A stretch of DNA of 64,000 nucleotides. Origin: Phyllobates terribilis. Its lineage: Eukaryota. The DNA lies in contig NW_027362763.1 in the NCBI RefSeq assembly GCF_046119375.1, positions 724,656,001 through 724,720,000 on the forward strand. Reading direction: 5' to 3'. Made by a program: the position numbers and the translations under genes. The first letter of the stretch is position 1. Each line of letters opens with the position of its first letter. The notes below the pieces were generated by a model that ran no database searches, had not been told where the DNA came from, and saw only the letters and a list, made by a program, of their open reading frames with translations. Shown here one piece after another: positions 23,825-37,330 of this stretch.

Positions 23825-25705
23825 TATATAATGTGTGTGTGTGTATGTATATGTATGTATGTATATATATATTTATATTTATTTTTTTTTTTAACATAAA
23901 AACCCAATTTAGGTCATTTTGTGATAAAGCATTCCCTTTTAATGCCAAAAATTAAAGCAGATCCTGAAAGTTTTCTTGCTGGCACATTATGGGACTCACT
24001 TTTGTTTTGGACAAAAAAAAATACATGGATGTCAGCACCTCTAAGTGAATGGGCGCTGACTTTGGTTATTTTTGGTCTACGCGTTTTGAGTGGTGTAAGT
24101 GTCCTGTGCTATAAATGAGGGCGCTCGTAGTGTAGGCTGCTGTAATGGTTTCTTAGAGATTGGCTGTGATCCCTTGTGCCGGATCAGTTCTTCTTTTTCA
24201 GCAGAGTTTTGTCTTGGGATCTAGAAGTATATGAACTTCGGTGAGCTGTTATATGGTAGCGATACAATTAAAGAAAATGATTAAATGGTGCAGCTTCCAT
24301 TTATGTAACATAGGACTATTATTGGGAAATGTAAACTGTTACACATAGGAAAACAAACACTTCTCATTTTGTGGCTATTTTTTTTCGATGCAAATTACTC
24401 CAGTTTCAATAAGAGAACAGTTTCCAGTAACCACAGCTGATCTTAAAATGAGGCTGCACTTTTGGGGGTCACTTTAAATAATCTGCCTAAGTAGCAATTC
24501 CTTAAAATTAGCATGGACTAATCAAGACTGGTGTTTTGCACGACAATCTTTAGGCTGTGGCTGTGTGTCGCACGACACCGCACCGAGCAATTTCTTATGG
24601 GGTCCGACTATGATCTGCGACCTCCTGTGAAACAACAGAGTTGCAAAGGTTTACAAATATGTTGGATTTTCTGTCCCTTAACATAGAATTCAATGCAAGC
24701 GACATGGAGCTGCAACCTGCGTGAGACTTGGCTTTTTTTTTTTTTCTTGAGTGTGCGCAGGCCCTGACACACTCCTCCAGCACCACTGTGCACACAGGGA
24801 TTTGAGTTTGGGCAGTGTTCACTTTTGGCAAGTGAGAGCCGTCAATCCGGATCAGTAATAGATATGTAAATTAGAGGGTGTAACTGCATGGAAGTGCACT
24901 CATTTGCATACAAAAAAATCATGTTATGTATATTACTGGTATAATTTATTTTTCATAGGGGCTAAGTATCCTATATAAATATTTAAGTGGATGATAGTTT
25001 CCCTTTTTAAAGTTATTTTTTTTATATGCAAGTAATAAATGTCTGCTGCACTGCAGACAGGTTAACAGGATGCTGGATTCCTACCTAACAATACTATTAG
25101 AGAATTGCTATACTTGCCATTAGCACCAGCACAGTAATGATTGTCTTCTCTGTAACCATCGCTGCTGCAATTCTTTTTTTTTCCCCACTAAGAGCAGTTC
25201 TTCCATTTGCCTGCAAAATGATGTAAGCGCAGATATCGCTGCTTCCCTCCTCCTGCCTTCCAGCACATAGTGACTCACGAGCCGCAGTCTGTCCCAGGAT
25301 CACAGAGCCAAGGCGCAGCCGTGCCACAGCAAATACAGAAGATCAGGGGGCTTATGCAAAAACTGATTGTGCTGCCAAACAGCTCGTTCCATAGCAAAAA
25401 TCCATAATGCAACAACCATGGACGTCTTTGCAAGCTCTATACTTTACCCACATTCACAAAACTGCAAGGAAGCGGAGGATACGTGACAGCACTGACTGCC
25501 TAATATATTCTTATTACCTGGACCTGACACTGAAAACATCAATAAGTTGAATGTAGAAGACAGAATATTCTATATCTTCAGGGTAATTTAAAAGTTTCCA
25601 CTGCTGGGACCTCCATCTTTTGCACATATAAAGGGTCGCAGCTGTTTCTATCATTGGGGTCCAGATGGAAACCTAGTGAACATGCTTGACCGCCAATTAG
25701 AGATG

Positions 25706-25930
25706 AGCGAACTTGAACTTAAAAGTTCAGGGTTCAGTACCGGACAGTTAGTGTTCGGTGCTAAATGCCGAACTTCTCTGGGAAGTCCATTATAATGTGC
25801 GGAGTTGGAGAGCATTTTCTTCCTCCCCAGATCCAAAGTTTGGGTCTCCATTGTTTTGAATGGGTTTCGGGTACCAAACTTTGGACTATAGTTCATGTTG
25901 GGTACCAGAATCTGAATTTCCACTCATCCC
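25706..25930. mobile_element. TAGAGATGAGCGAA-type MITE
   Basis: TAGAGATGAGCGAA ... CCACTCATCCCTA imperfect TIRs; TSD not recognisable. Confidence 0.5.
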
Positions 25931-26422
25931 TACAGGCAGCCAATTGGTATGATGAGGTCCTCATGGCATACGTAGTATGGTATGGGTATACATTAGAGAT
26001 GAGCAAAAAGATTCGCACTACCCTAGTCTGGTGTCCACTTTGCTATGATGGAGTGGCGCAGAACTCAAATAGCCTCATGGGCATCTCTTGCAATCACTAA
26101 ACCCCCAAACTAATGTCATCTGGGCCTAGGATGCCAGCATTCGTGTGCTGGTGAGGGGAAGTTCGGAGCCTGGAAATGGACTCTGGATCCAGGTAGTGGA
26201 ATCTTTTTGCTCATCTTTAGTCCATATCTTTTTTTTTTTTTTTTTTCTGCATTGCAAAGAGTTGTGAACTAAGTACATTTCAATTCAAAGGTATCCCACA
26301 CACACAAAAGAAGTACAGCAAGCTATATACTTTTATTTTTCCCATCACAACTATATGACCTAAATAAATGCTATTGACATTGTAAACTGAAGTTTTATCG
26401 ATTGGCTTTTTTTCCCTGACAG

Positions 26423-26578
26423 ATTGGAGCGTGCTGCTACGTGGAGTGCTCGGCGCTGACACAGAAAGGACTGAAAGCCGTCTTCGACGAGTCCATTATC
26501 GCTATTTTAACTCCAAAGAAGAACGCCATGAAGAAAAGAATAGGCTCGAGATGTATAAACTGCTGTCTGATCACGTGA
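26423..26578 (+). CDS. RHOQ: RhoQ last coding exon
   Basis: AG|[51 protein letters not shown]; TC10-specific C-terminus with CC-CaaX. Confidence 0.98.
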   Translation: MGACCYVECSALTQKGLKAVFDESIIAILTPKKNAMKKRIGSRCINCCLIT

Positions 26579-26649
26579 GACGGGCGCTCTCCGCCTCCAG
26601 TACGAGTCCCCTGCACACGACAGCGGTACCACGGCTGCACAAAAGACAA

Positions 26650-26655
26650 TTTATT
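26650..26655 (-). terminator. Candidate PIGF poly(A) signal
   Basis: TTTATT on + = AATAAA on -, 190 nt past the PIGF stop, 72 nt past the RHOQ stop. Confidence 0.55.
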
Positions 26656-26845
26656 GACCTGATTTACAGACATGTTGCTGACAGCAACACATCCAGGACA
26701 TGATGGGTCACAAGCCTCCTGAAGGAAAGATGTGGTTTCTCATGGTCTCGTTCATAGTGACACTAGACATGTGCAGTGCGGTAACGGCGTCTGGTCTAGT
26801 TTTGCACAAACAGGAGCTCACGTCCTCGTCATCCTCCGGTTTTCA

Positions 26846-26959
26846 CTATCTGCTTTTGTATGTGAGCCTTTTCCTGTTCCAATAAATCCAGAATGGAGCC
26901 AGTAGAAGACTGGAAACGTAGCCGAACATAGCACCTAGTGAGCAGGAGATCGGCCAAAC
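26846..26959 (-). CDS. PIGF: GPI anchor biosynthesis class F protein, last exon
   Basis: CAG|VWPISCSLGAMFGYVSSLLLAPFWIYWNRKRLTYKSR*; 114 bp. Confidence 0.96.
   Translation of the reverse strand, partial: VWPISCSLGAMFGYVSSLLLAPFWIYWNRKRLTYKSR
26881..26886 (+). terminator. First AATAAA downstream of RHOQ stop (inside PIGF coding exon)
   Basis: AATAAA on + formed by PIGF codons ATT-TAT-TGG; usage unverified. Confidence 0.35.
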
Positions 26960-27063
26960 CTGCGGGAAGAAAGTTGTTTTTTTGTTTTAGCACAAAGGTA
27001 GGAGCGCAGGTAAAACCAGTACCAGATCTATCCACTGACTAGTTTTCATTTTCAGTCACAGGT

Positions 27064-27418
27064 TTAAAAAGGGGTATTCCCATTTCCAAGATCCTATCCC
27101 AATATGTAGTAGGTGTAATAAAATTAGTAAATGCCTCCAGTTAGAAATGTAGTGTAGTTATTCTGATAACTTGCGTCATTTACCCCATGTGCAGGGCATT
27201 ACAGTGGCTTAGGTATCCATGGTTATGACCACTCATATAGTGAGTTAGCTCTTAGTGGTTGAAACCATGGATACCCAAGCTACTGCAATGCCCTGCACAT
27301 GGGGTAAGTGACATAGCAAATCTGAAGAACTATACTACCTTTCTAATTGGAGACATTTGCTAATATTATACCTACAACATATTGGGATAGGATCTTGGGG
27401 ATGGGTATACCCCTTTAA
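27064..27418. mobile_element. Fold-back TTAA MITE family A, copy 1
   Basis: TTAA-AAAGGGGTATTCCCAT ... ATGGGTATACCCCT-TTAA; arms complementary over nearly the whole length. Confidence 0.85.
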
Positions 27419-27794
27419 TGAAATATAACAAAGCATTAAGATTCCTAGGTTAGTTTTACCAGGATGAGTCCCCTATATGGGATGTTCTCTATAGCGATGG
27501 ACATGATATTGCCTCTCATAAAGGGCCATTGGGTGGATAATAATGTATGATCTCTTCTACCAGGGGTGATGCAGACATATGACATTGGGATAGCTTGTTC
27601 TAGGCCCAACGGGAATGGGGGATATTTACTACAATTATACCCATTAGTACCTTATAAGGATAAACCATAGGCCACAATGAGCGATACTGCACTACATGTA
27701 ACATATAAACTCAAGGACATATACATAAAGCGAACGTCCCTGTTGAACGTAAGAAATCCCATTGTCAAAAAAAGGTTTGTTTTTTTTAAAGTGT

Positions 27795-28049
27795 GTAATA
27801 ATATTAGCAAATACCTCCAATTAGAAATGTAGTATAGTTCCATGGTTATGACCACTAGCATCTAGCTATCTGTCACTATTATCAGTATTCGTAACCATGG
27901 ATACCTAAGCTACTGCAATGCCCTGCACATGGGGTAAGTGACATAGCGAATCAGAAGAACTATACTACGTTTCTAATTGGAGGTATTTGCAAATATTATA
28001 CCTACTACATATTGGGATAGGATCTTTGAGAATGGGAATACCCCTTTAA
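27795..28049. mobile_element. MITE family A, copy 2 (left end degraded)
   Basis: TAATATTAGCAAATACCTCCAATTAGAAATG ... GGGAATACCCCT-TTAA. Confidence 0.75.
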
Positions 28050-28253
28050 GCCAGCATTAAATGAGCCACAAAACTAACCAAACACTATTTTTTGACTTTG
28101 ACATGTCTATTACCCATGAACTAAAAAAATTCTGAACAATGTTTGTCTTGTAAATTGTATGGTTGTTCCTCTGTTATTCCTCCTACTAATGTATAACTAA
28201 ATTGACATCAGGATGTTATCATTCCCTCTGGCAAAGGGACGTGTCCATACAAT

Positions 28254-28448
28254 CTAAGGTAAGAGTCAGAGGGCCATATAACTGACAAGGATCACAACGC
28301 AATCCTCGGACTGACCGTCGGCTCTCACGGCCCGCGAGTGACAGCTGCATAGAAATACATGCTGTCTCACTAGGGTCGGGAGAGCAGACAGCCAGTCTGA
28401 GCATTGCGATCCTTGTCTGAGTTTTATGGCCGTCTGACTCTTCCTTAA
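28254..28448. mobile_element. Harbinger-like MITE
   Basis: GAGTCAGAGGGCCATA ... TATGGCCGTCTGACTC inverted arms. Confidence 0.5.
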
Positions 28449-29760
28449 TTGTGATGACTGACTATAAATGCACATCCCCACCCCCAAAGGTGACTCCCAA
28501 ATGACTATACATTAGGGGAATAATAAAGGATCTGCACATAGAGAGGCCCCAGCATTGTTATTTCATGGGGGATTACAATCATTTACTATACCTCTTGGTA
28601 CACCTCTGCTTTCAGTTGTTAAAAATCCTCTTTTTACAACCCAATTACATCACCCACAGGTCACAGATACACTATCTGGGGTGCATGAAGGTTTACAGGA
28701 AAGCTTTCTGATCATCCCTGCAGAGCTGTAGTAGGAAGCCATATTATACAGCGATGACACAAGGGGCTTATATTCACCCCCCCCCCCCCGTTTACTAGAA
28801 GATAATGGCTCTTTATCCAGCACTTTTCTTAGATATATCCACAGCCGTAAGTCCAACCGTAATCAAGGATTGTCTCATCAGAGATATAGCTGGTATATTA
28901 TATTTCCGATCATCGGGTCCTTTTTTCCTGAATTGGGGTCAATGAACTGATCCTATAACAGTTGTGGCCTTTCATATAACCTGTCCCCCACCACAGATCT
29001 AAAGTACATAACACTGACATATGGACAGACAAGGAGCTGCGGGGGTCCAGTGAATGGGGGCAAATGGTTTCTCCACTCAGTTAGGAAGTCAACCTAGCTG
29101 TAGATTTGTACAGATTCGCAAAAAAAAAATCACTAACCTTTCTCCCCTTGCACAGCTTCCTTGACTGGTCTGCACAGGGTTCTATTGGGCGGCTAAAGTG
29201 ATCAGATTAGATGAGACCTTGCACAAAGTTGTGGAAGGAGAGTACAGTGTCTCAGGATCTCTGCTCTTATCCGCAGGTAAATCCTCACAAATGTTAATGC
29301 TAGGATGTGCCATCACTTTATGATGTGTGGGGATCGTGATACTGCAGTCCCCCTTACAATCCTTCCCAGCACAGCAGTGCCTCAGCCATCAACATCCATG
29401 TGACTGGGCCCAGCTGCAGGTCCCTGGACTATCTGACATTTTCCCTGTTCGTTCTCAGGATCAGACCCTTACCACTCCTAAAGAAGTGGCATATGATATG
29501 AATTACTTAAATACCCCCCTCCATCCCTTTAAAAGGGTTTAGAAATAGAAAAACCATAGTTGCTTTGTTGGAAACAGCACCACCACTGACCATAGGTCAT
29601 GTCTGGCATTGCAACTCCTCTCCATTGAAGTGAATAGGGCAGAGCTGCAATACCACACACAGACCATGGTGTGGTTTCCAAAATAAAGCAACCATATTTT
29701 TCTAATAGTGGAGAACACTACGCCTATCCCTTTTTTTTTTTTGTGTGTAAAATTTCAGAC

Positions 29761-30103
29761 TTAAATGGGGTATTCCCATCTCCAAGATCCTCTCCCAATA
29801 TAGGTATAATATTAGCAAATACCTCCAATTAGAAATGCAGCATAGTTCTTCAAATTCGCTGTCTCTTACACCATGTGCAGGGCATTGCAGAAGCTTAGGT
29901 ATCCATGGTTACGACCACTCATGTAGCGACAGTTTGTGAATTAGACCGCTCTTAATGGTCGTAGCCATGGCTACCTAAGCTACTGCAATGCCCTGCACAT
30001 GGGGTAACTGAAGTAACGAATCTGAAGAACTATGCTACATTTCTAATTGGAGGCATTTGCCAATATTATTATCATTACACTGGGATGGGAATACCCCTTT
30101 TAA
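29761..30103. mobile_element. MITE family A, copy 3
   Basis: TTAA-ATGGGGTATTCCCATC ... GATGGGAATACCCCTT-TTAA. Confidence 0.85.
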
Positions 30104-31772
30104 TGAACATGAAATAATATAAATCCCATATATCTGACACAGAATACAATGAACGTCTACATCTTGATTTATATCCAAAGCCTAAGTGTATGGTAGTAAT
30201 AGAGAACGTGGCGGTTTTATAGGAGACTTCTCTACGATCTCGTGTGGCTTTTGTAGAGCTGACTTTATTTTAGATTGCTGCATGTTGTATATTTTACATT
30301 AAACCTATACATAGATAGTGTCTAGGTCTTTTCTATTAGTCTATGACCATCTACAAGGCACTGTTTTGTTTTGTTTTTTTATTGCTTTTTTTTTTTTCTT
30401 TTTACATTGAAGCGGTACAGGATGATGGGATTATTTAAGGACTTAAGTATGAGACATATAAGGACTGGGAGAAAAGGTCTTGCTATTTTTTACATTGAAG
30501 GCTCTATTAAGCCGCACTTGTCTATAAGGAAACGGCATTGCCTAGAGCCCGAGGTATTGTCCATGTCTTGTGAAAATGCCCATCACTTCTTCACTCGCAG
30601 GCAAGCTTGGAAAACAAAAAAACCCCAAAACTTTAATGCGAGCCTCTGCACAACTTGATCACGCCGATGTGCCTCAGTCTTTCTTTGGAGCAACTATCTG
30701 TGATGAGCGGAGTTCATTTCTCATTGCCTAATAAATCCATGCAGTGTTTACTACCTGAGTCTCTGTGTGATCACTGTCTTTCTAGTAAAAGATGGAGGCC
30801 GTCTGCGCACAATACATAACCAAGACACCGGTACAGAGCGCTTAGGTCTCATTCACATGACTCTTCTGAGAAGTATCCCGTCCCAGTTGCATACGATTGA
30901 AATATGAAATTAATTCCCAATTCATCCCCAGGATAGGCAATCACTTTATAAATCGGTGAGGGTCCGCAGAATTGCCTGCTGATTATTAGGCGCAAAAGGG
31001 CAGTAGCACCGCTTCAATTTTGTTTTTCCCTTGCACAATGCCACCGCAGCATCTGGCTGTGCAGGTAACAGCAACAGGTCATAGTACCTTGAATAGAGCC
31101 GTGCTATCAACGGTAAAGTGGCTGCAATGTTGAATTGACCGTGCAGCCCCTCTTCTCTTATTATGGCCTCGTTCAGACATCTGTGCAAATTGATCTGAGA
31201 TCAGACTGCAATGCACGGACTGGCCGAGACTCTCCCGACCCGAACGTCACAGCCTCGTAGAAATACAAGAAGCTGTTACGGTCGGGTTGGAAAATTCCCG
31301 GGCAGTTTGGACATTGCTCGGACTGATTTGCACAGAGGTCTGCAATAACCCCATCAGGATCCTAAAAATCATTCTTTGATAGCACAGCCCTTTAGGAAAT
31401 GGGAAAAGCTGCTAAAACAATTTTTCCCACTTTAAACAATCTGATGACCACACTGTGTCCACCTGCTGGGACCTTCAGTGATCAGATGTGAGAAAACTGG
31501 CAGAAAGTGTTTAGTTTACCTGAAGGCGCCACCACAGGAGACTTCTAGCATTACACGGTTCACATTCATATCATTAATATGTTTGTGTAATGCAGGGCAG
31601 GACGGGTCCTCCAGACAGAGCGACAGAATTTACTAATAAGGTATATGGAAAAGTACCCCCAGCTCCATCCTATCAGGATAAACCCCTGCGGTTCACTTAT
31701 TGTAAGTATCTGCACCTACTAACACTTACATTCGTCAGTTGTAGCCATTTTTTTATTAGCAATCATGATATA

Positions 31773-32891
31773 CAGGTGCATCTCACTAAATTAGATATTC
31801 TAACAGTTAATTTATTTCAGTTCTTCATTACAAAAAGTGAACCTCATATTATATAGAGTCATTACACACAGAGTGATCTATTTCAAGTGTTTATTTCTGT
31901 TAATGTTGATGATTATGGCTTACAGCCAATGAAAACACAAAAGTCATTATCTCTGTGAATTAGAATACTTTATAACAACCGCTTGAAAAATGTTTTTAAA
32001 ATCTGAAATGTATGTTCAGTAAATGCCCTCAATACTTGGTCGGGGCTTGTTTTGCATCAATTACTGCATCAATGCGGCGTGGCATGGAGGCGATCAGCCT
32101 GTGGCACTGCTGAGGTGTTATGGAAGCCCAGGTTGCTTTGATAGCAGCCTTCAGCTCATCTGCATTGTTGGGTCTGGTGTCTCATCTTCCTCTTGACAAT
32201 ACCCCATAGATTCTCTATAATAGATTCTCTATGGGGTTAAGGTCAGGCGAGTTTGCTGCCATTCCAGCACAGTGATACTATTGTTTGTAAACCAGGTATT
32301 GGTACTTTTAGCAGTGTGGACAGGTGCCAAGTCCTGCTGGAGAATGACATTTCCATCTCCAAAAAGCTTGTCGACAGAGTGAAGCATGAAGTGCTCTAAA
32401 ATCTCCTGGTAGACGGCTGCGCTGACTTTGGCCTTGATAAAACACAGTGGACCTCCACCAGCAGATGACATGGCTCCTCAAACCATCACTGATTGTGGAA
32501 ACTTCACACTAGACCTCAAGCAGCTTGGATTGTGGCCTCTCCACTCTTTTTCCAGACTCTGGGACCTTGTGGAGTGTGTCAATGACTGCCTTCTGGACAT
32601 CTGTCAAGTCAGCAGTCTTCCCCATGATTGTGGCGCCTACTGAAACAGACTCAATGGGCCTTTTTAAACGCTTAGGAATCCTTTGCAGGTGTTTTTTGTT
32701 AATTATTCTAATTTACTGAGATAATGATTTTTGTGTTTTCATTGGCTGTAAGCCATAATCATTAACAGAAATAAACACTTGAAATAGATCACTCTGTGTG
32801 TAATGACTCTATATAATATGAGTTTCACTTTTTGTATTGAAGAACTGAAATTAACTTTTTGATGATATTCTAATTTAGTGAGATGCACCTG
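31773..32891 (-). mobile_element. Internally deleted Tc1 element (DD34E remnant)
   Basis: TA|CAGGTGCATCTCAC ... GTGAGATGCACCTG|TA; minus-strand AAVYQEILEHFM...QQDLAPVHTAK...DLNPIENLW. Confidence 0.9.
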
Positions 32892-33126
32892 TATATGTCA
32901 TTTATAGGAATGGATTCACTCGACTCATCTGGAAATGCTATTTCATACAATTGGGAACATTTTATTTGTGCAGGACATATGAGGTCACTAATTTTATACC
33001 ATATTACAAAAATAATTAGCCAGCTCTTCTGACCGTACCGGATGAGGTGGTAGAAAATAATAATATTCAACTATTAATGAAGGTTGTGACCAGTGGGAAG
33101 CCTGCCCATAAAAAAATAAGCCGTAC

Positions 33127-33803
33127 CTAAAAGGGTATTCCTATCTCCAAGATCCTATCCTAATATGTAGTAGGTGTAATAATAATCATATTAGCAAATA
33201 CCTCCACTTAGAAATGTAGTATAGTTCTTCTGATTCACAATGTTGCTTACCGCTTGTGCAGGGCATTGCAGTAGTTTAGGTACGCATGGTTACGACTAAT
33301 GTCTAGCGAGTATGTTCTGTTAACCCTTTCGGCGAGTATGCTCGGGCCGAGCTCAGAGTAGTTACAGCTCCTCGGTGTTCTGTTTAAATCACTCCCGTGT
33401 GCATGATTTGCGACTGTTTGACAGCTTTAATACATGTGAGGAATGATTGTTTCTTTTGCATTTCTCACATGTAATAAAGCTGTCACAGTTGCAAATCATG
33501 CACACGGGAGTGATTTAAACAGAACACCGAGCAGCTGTAAATACTCTGAGCTCGGCTTGATCATACTCGGCGAAAGGGTTAACAGAACATACTCGCTCAA
33601 CACTAGTTACGACCACTAACAGTTGTCACTATGTGAGTGGTCGTAACCATGGATACCTAAGCTACTGCAATGCCCTGCACATGGGGTAAGCGACATAGCG
33701 AGTCAGAAGAACTATACTACATTTCTAATTAGAGGTAATTGCTAATATTATTATTACACCTACATATTGTGATTGGATCTTGGAGATGGGGATACCTTTT
33801 TAA
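33127..33803. mobile_element. MITE family A, copy 4 (carries nested hAT MITE)
   Basis: Family A arms at 33127-33296 and 33606-33803. Confidence 0.82.
33297..33605. mobile_element. hAT-type fold-back MITE (309 bp)
   Basis: Perfect 8-bp TSD GTTACGAC (33289-33296, 33606-33613); TIR TA(A/G)TGT..AGCGAGTATGTTCTGTTAACCCTTTCG. Confidence 0.88.
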
Positions 33804-34246
33804 GGCCATATTTACACTAGGAGTTTTTTATGCTTTTGTATGCAAATTTTCAGCTGCGTTTTACATTACCAGCAAAGTGTATGAGATTTCAGAAATCTCA
33901 TGCACACACATTGGTTTTTGTGTCCTCAGTATTTTGTGCTTTGCATGTTTTTTTGCATAATAGAGCATGTCACTTCTTTCAGCGTTTTTCACCCCCTGAA
34001 AGTAATTGGCAGTGACAAAAACGCTGTAAAAACGCAGGTATCAGGTTTTTTTGTGCCAAAACCTGATGAAGTTGAATAGGTAATTTTTCTTCCACTGAAC
34101 TTTATCAGCATGCATAAAGAGACAAATGGACAGCGAAAAAAAACAAAACAAACAAAACCTGCTTTTTGGAGGCAGAAACTTTACTGCAAAGAGATCAGGT
34201 TTTGCTGCAGAAAAAAAAAAAAAACATGCCTGGTGTGAACATAGCC
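33804..34246. mobile_element. Harbinger-type MITE
   Basis: TAA|GGCCATATTTACAC ... GTGAACATAGCC|TAA. Confidence 0.6.
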
Positions 34247-34620
34247 TAAGTCTCCGTCGGACCGTAAGTGATGACAACGGGTTCGAGGCATCATCACTTC
34301 CAGTCAGGGCAGATTCCAGTGGTAAGTATGGCATTTTTTTTCTTTACAGGGATAGCTTCCCACTTGTAAGTTTGATCCACAGTAAAAAAAACCCTTTCAG
34401 AGCAGCTTCACTGTAATTATGTTGTAAATTGCCTTTTCTGATGCAGAACGCTGGAGGAGATGTTACATCCATGTAACAGCGCTCGCCTCCTGGGCCTCTT
34501 CTCGTACACTGTACACAGCTCTGATCCGCTGGCAGCACATCTGTGAGGGTTGTGCTCCATACAATGTACACCAAGGGGCAGCAGCTCTTACAATGTGCCA
34601 CGTATCAGTGATGAACTAAC

Positions 34621-34729
34621 CTGCCAAGGCCGATCCCAGTCTAGTGGTAAAGGAAATGCTCCCAGCCAGGCTCCGATTATACTGCAGATCGTGGTTAGCT
34701 GTAGGCTGTGGTCCCAGACAGACATTGCC
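34621..34729 (-). CDS. PIGF: PIGF coding exon (5th of 6)
   Basis: TAG|g AMSVWDHSLQLTTICSIIGAWLGAFPLPLDWDRPWQ|GT; 109 bp. Confidence 0.97.
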
Positions 34730-35283
34730 CTAAAAATACATAGAAATAAAAAATAATAGAAATAATCTAACATGCACAATTAAAGTTGGTGCAAGTCGAT
34801 TCACAGGACCCGGTCTATTGGCCATATCAGTAATCTGTAGCCGCTGGATGGGAGCTGTGAGAACCGCCTCGTATCGTTTGATTATCCGGCCTGGCACAAT
34901 GTCACATGTCTGTCACACCGCGGCCACAGATGACCGATGTGACTGATGGACCGGATCCTGCAAAACGATTCGCATCCACTCTATACATAATGCACATATC
35001 AATTCTGTAACAGATTTCTGACCAACAAAACTTCCTAAGACATTGGTGGTATTATGGCTTGTTTTTTTTTTTACATTATGACTTGTAGTTTTCATTGTTG
35101 TCATTTTGATGTGCACAGAACATTTGTATTCCATTTTTTGGGAGATGATGAACAGCTATTTTTTATGGCACTTTAAAAAATTACAATGCTGGATGAATAA
35201 AATGGTTTTATTTGTGACAATATTATTTGTTTTTTTAAATAACAAAACACTGTACTGGATTTTTTTCAGCCCTACAATGGAGC

Positions 35284-35629
35284 TTAAAGGGGTATTTACA
35301 TCTTCAAGATTCTATCCCAATATGTAGTAGTAATAATATTAACAAATACCTCCAATTAGAAATGTAGTATAGTTCTTCTGATTTGCTATGTTGCTTTCCC
35401 CAAGTGCAGGGCATTGCAGTAGCTTAGGTATCCATGGCTACCACCACTAACCTCTAACTACCTCACTATATGAGTGGTCGTAACATTGGATACTTAAGAT
35501 ACTGCAATGCCCTGCACATGGGGTAAATGACATAGCTTATCAGAAGAACTATACTACATTTCTAATATTATGATTATTACACCTACTACATATCGGTATA
35601 GGATCTTGGAGATGGGAATACCCCTTTAA
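35284..35629. mobile_element. MITE family A, copy 5
   Basis: TTAA-AGGGGTATTTACATC ... GATGGGAATACCCCT-TTAA. Confidence 0.85.
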
Positions 35630-35912
35630 CCCTTTCTTTTGACTTCTTAGATAGTACACTGTAATACTTCTGTATTGTCATTGCATCCGAAAAGATCTTG
35701 CCTTGGTACATTGTAGACTGGGATCTATGTTGTAGCAGGGTGTCTGATGCAAGTGCAGCGGGCTACAGCTAGATCGCGCTTTCCCCACACTGTAATTGCA
35801 AAGAATGGTGTGATACCTACCAGCTCCCTGCTCTGTGCTAATACAATGCTGTGTAAGAGGGGGATAAATGTATACAATCATATATTATATGAAATATCAG
35901 GATAGGTCTTAC

Positions 35913-36029
35913 CCATCTTTACTGAAAACCCTGATCCAAGCATGGAAGTTTGGTCCTAGTATGCAGAGACAGCGAGATGTGGTGAAAGACGAGAGCAGGA
36001 CGGCAAACAAAAAGGTTTCTCCCACTGAT
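35913..36029 (-). CDS. PIGF: PIGF exon 4
   Basis: CAG|a SVGETFLFAVLLSSFTTSRCLCILGPNFHAWIRVFSKD gg|GTAAG; 117 bp. Confidence 0.96.
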
Positions 36030-37130
36030 CTGTATAGAAAGCAAAGAAAGAATAAAATATGTTGTAGTTAAAATCTATATATCCAATACAGATAGAAAAC
36101 AGGGATCTGGTACTGCCCACAGTTCACCCTATTAACAGCAAGTCAGTAGCCATCTGCGACACCGTGCACTAGATTGATAGAAAAGTCGTTTCGAGTGATC
36201 ATGCTTCCTCTGGGCCATCAGATGAAGCGTTTTCTCCACGCGAAACGGCTGCTAGTCAAGTTTGTTTCAACATTATAATCTACAACAGACAAAAAAATTA
36301 TTTTTATGTGTATTTTTCAGCATGAAAAATCCATGTAAAATAAAAAAAAAAAAGTGTGTGAAAATACCCTTAGGACATGTGCACACAACGTCTGTAAAAT
36401 GCCGGCAGAGCTGCCAAGGTTTTCCTAGGTGAAACAGCTTCAGGAAAGAACTTGCGGTCTCTTTCCTGAAGCTGTTTTCATGTTTTTTTTTTTTGCTTTT
36501 GCAGAGGCTCCACCACCGACATCTTTTCTTTTTCTATAGTTTAAACTATAACTAGAAGGCAGCTTCTGCTAGAAAGACACGCTACTTTGCACGGCTTCAC
36601 CCTCTCCGAACCCTGAGGCGGTTAGAAAAAAGTTAACAAAAGACTGAACACGTACACGGTTTCCAGTTGGAATCCGCCTGAAATAAAAAGTTGTGTGCAC
36701 AGTTTTTTTTTTTCCTGGATTTTGGATCAGATTCCGCTCCAAAATCCACATCAAAAATCAATTCTTTCTATTCATTACAATGAGAAATCACTCCTATAGT
36801 GCTCATGGTGCTGTTTTTTTTCAGCATGCAAAAAAAGCAACATGTCAGTTCTTGTGGCATTTTTGCTTATTTAAAAGAAAAAAAAAAATGCTCCAAATTT
36901 CACTGCTGAATATAAACAGAAAACAAAAAGTGTCAAAATCTGCACCCAAAAAAAATAAAAAATTGTCTGAAAAATTCAAGTCAAAGAACCCAGTGTGAAC
37001 ATACCCTTAGGGCTTCGGTGTTGTAATTAATAACCATGAAGATACGATCCACGCTGTATACATAGAATTTCAATGGCTTGGACATTGTATAATTTCGTCA
37101 GTCCTCCCGTAAGACATAAAACATACTTAC

Positions 37131-37222
37131 TCTACAAGAGGCGCGCCGTACAAGACTATAATCCCATGGAACAGCAGGCAGGAGACAGAGAAGTACAGGC
37201 AGGATCTGTACAGTTTATTAAT
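37131..37222 (-). CDS. PIGF: PIGF exon 3
   Basis: CAG|INKLYRSCLYFSVSCLLFHGIIVLYGAPLV ga|GTAAG; 92 bp. Confidence 0.96.
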
Positions 37223-37330
37223 CTGAAAGAAATAGAAAAGAATTAAAAATCGGTTCTGAAATAGTACAAAGGCAATGGAGGTTGGTTGGGCTCTCCATTT
37301 GGAATGCTGAAATTAGAACACGGGGCATTA

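Noticed and set aside
25219-25277. TGATGTAA and TGACTCA motifs in a TE-poor stretch of RHOQ intron 4
   Set aside because: Short motifs expected by chance in 64 kb; no conservation or chromatin data available.
5682-26578. Assignment as CDC42 or RHOJ
   Set aside because: C-terminus [13 protein letters not shown] and adjacency to PIGF/CRIPT fit RHOQ.
26431-26703. 90-aa ORF overlapping RHOQ last exon
   Set aside because: Alternative frame of the real exon plus UTR; no recognisable protein.
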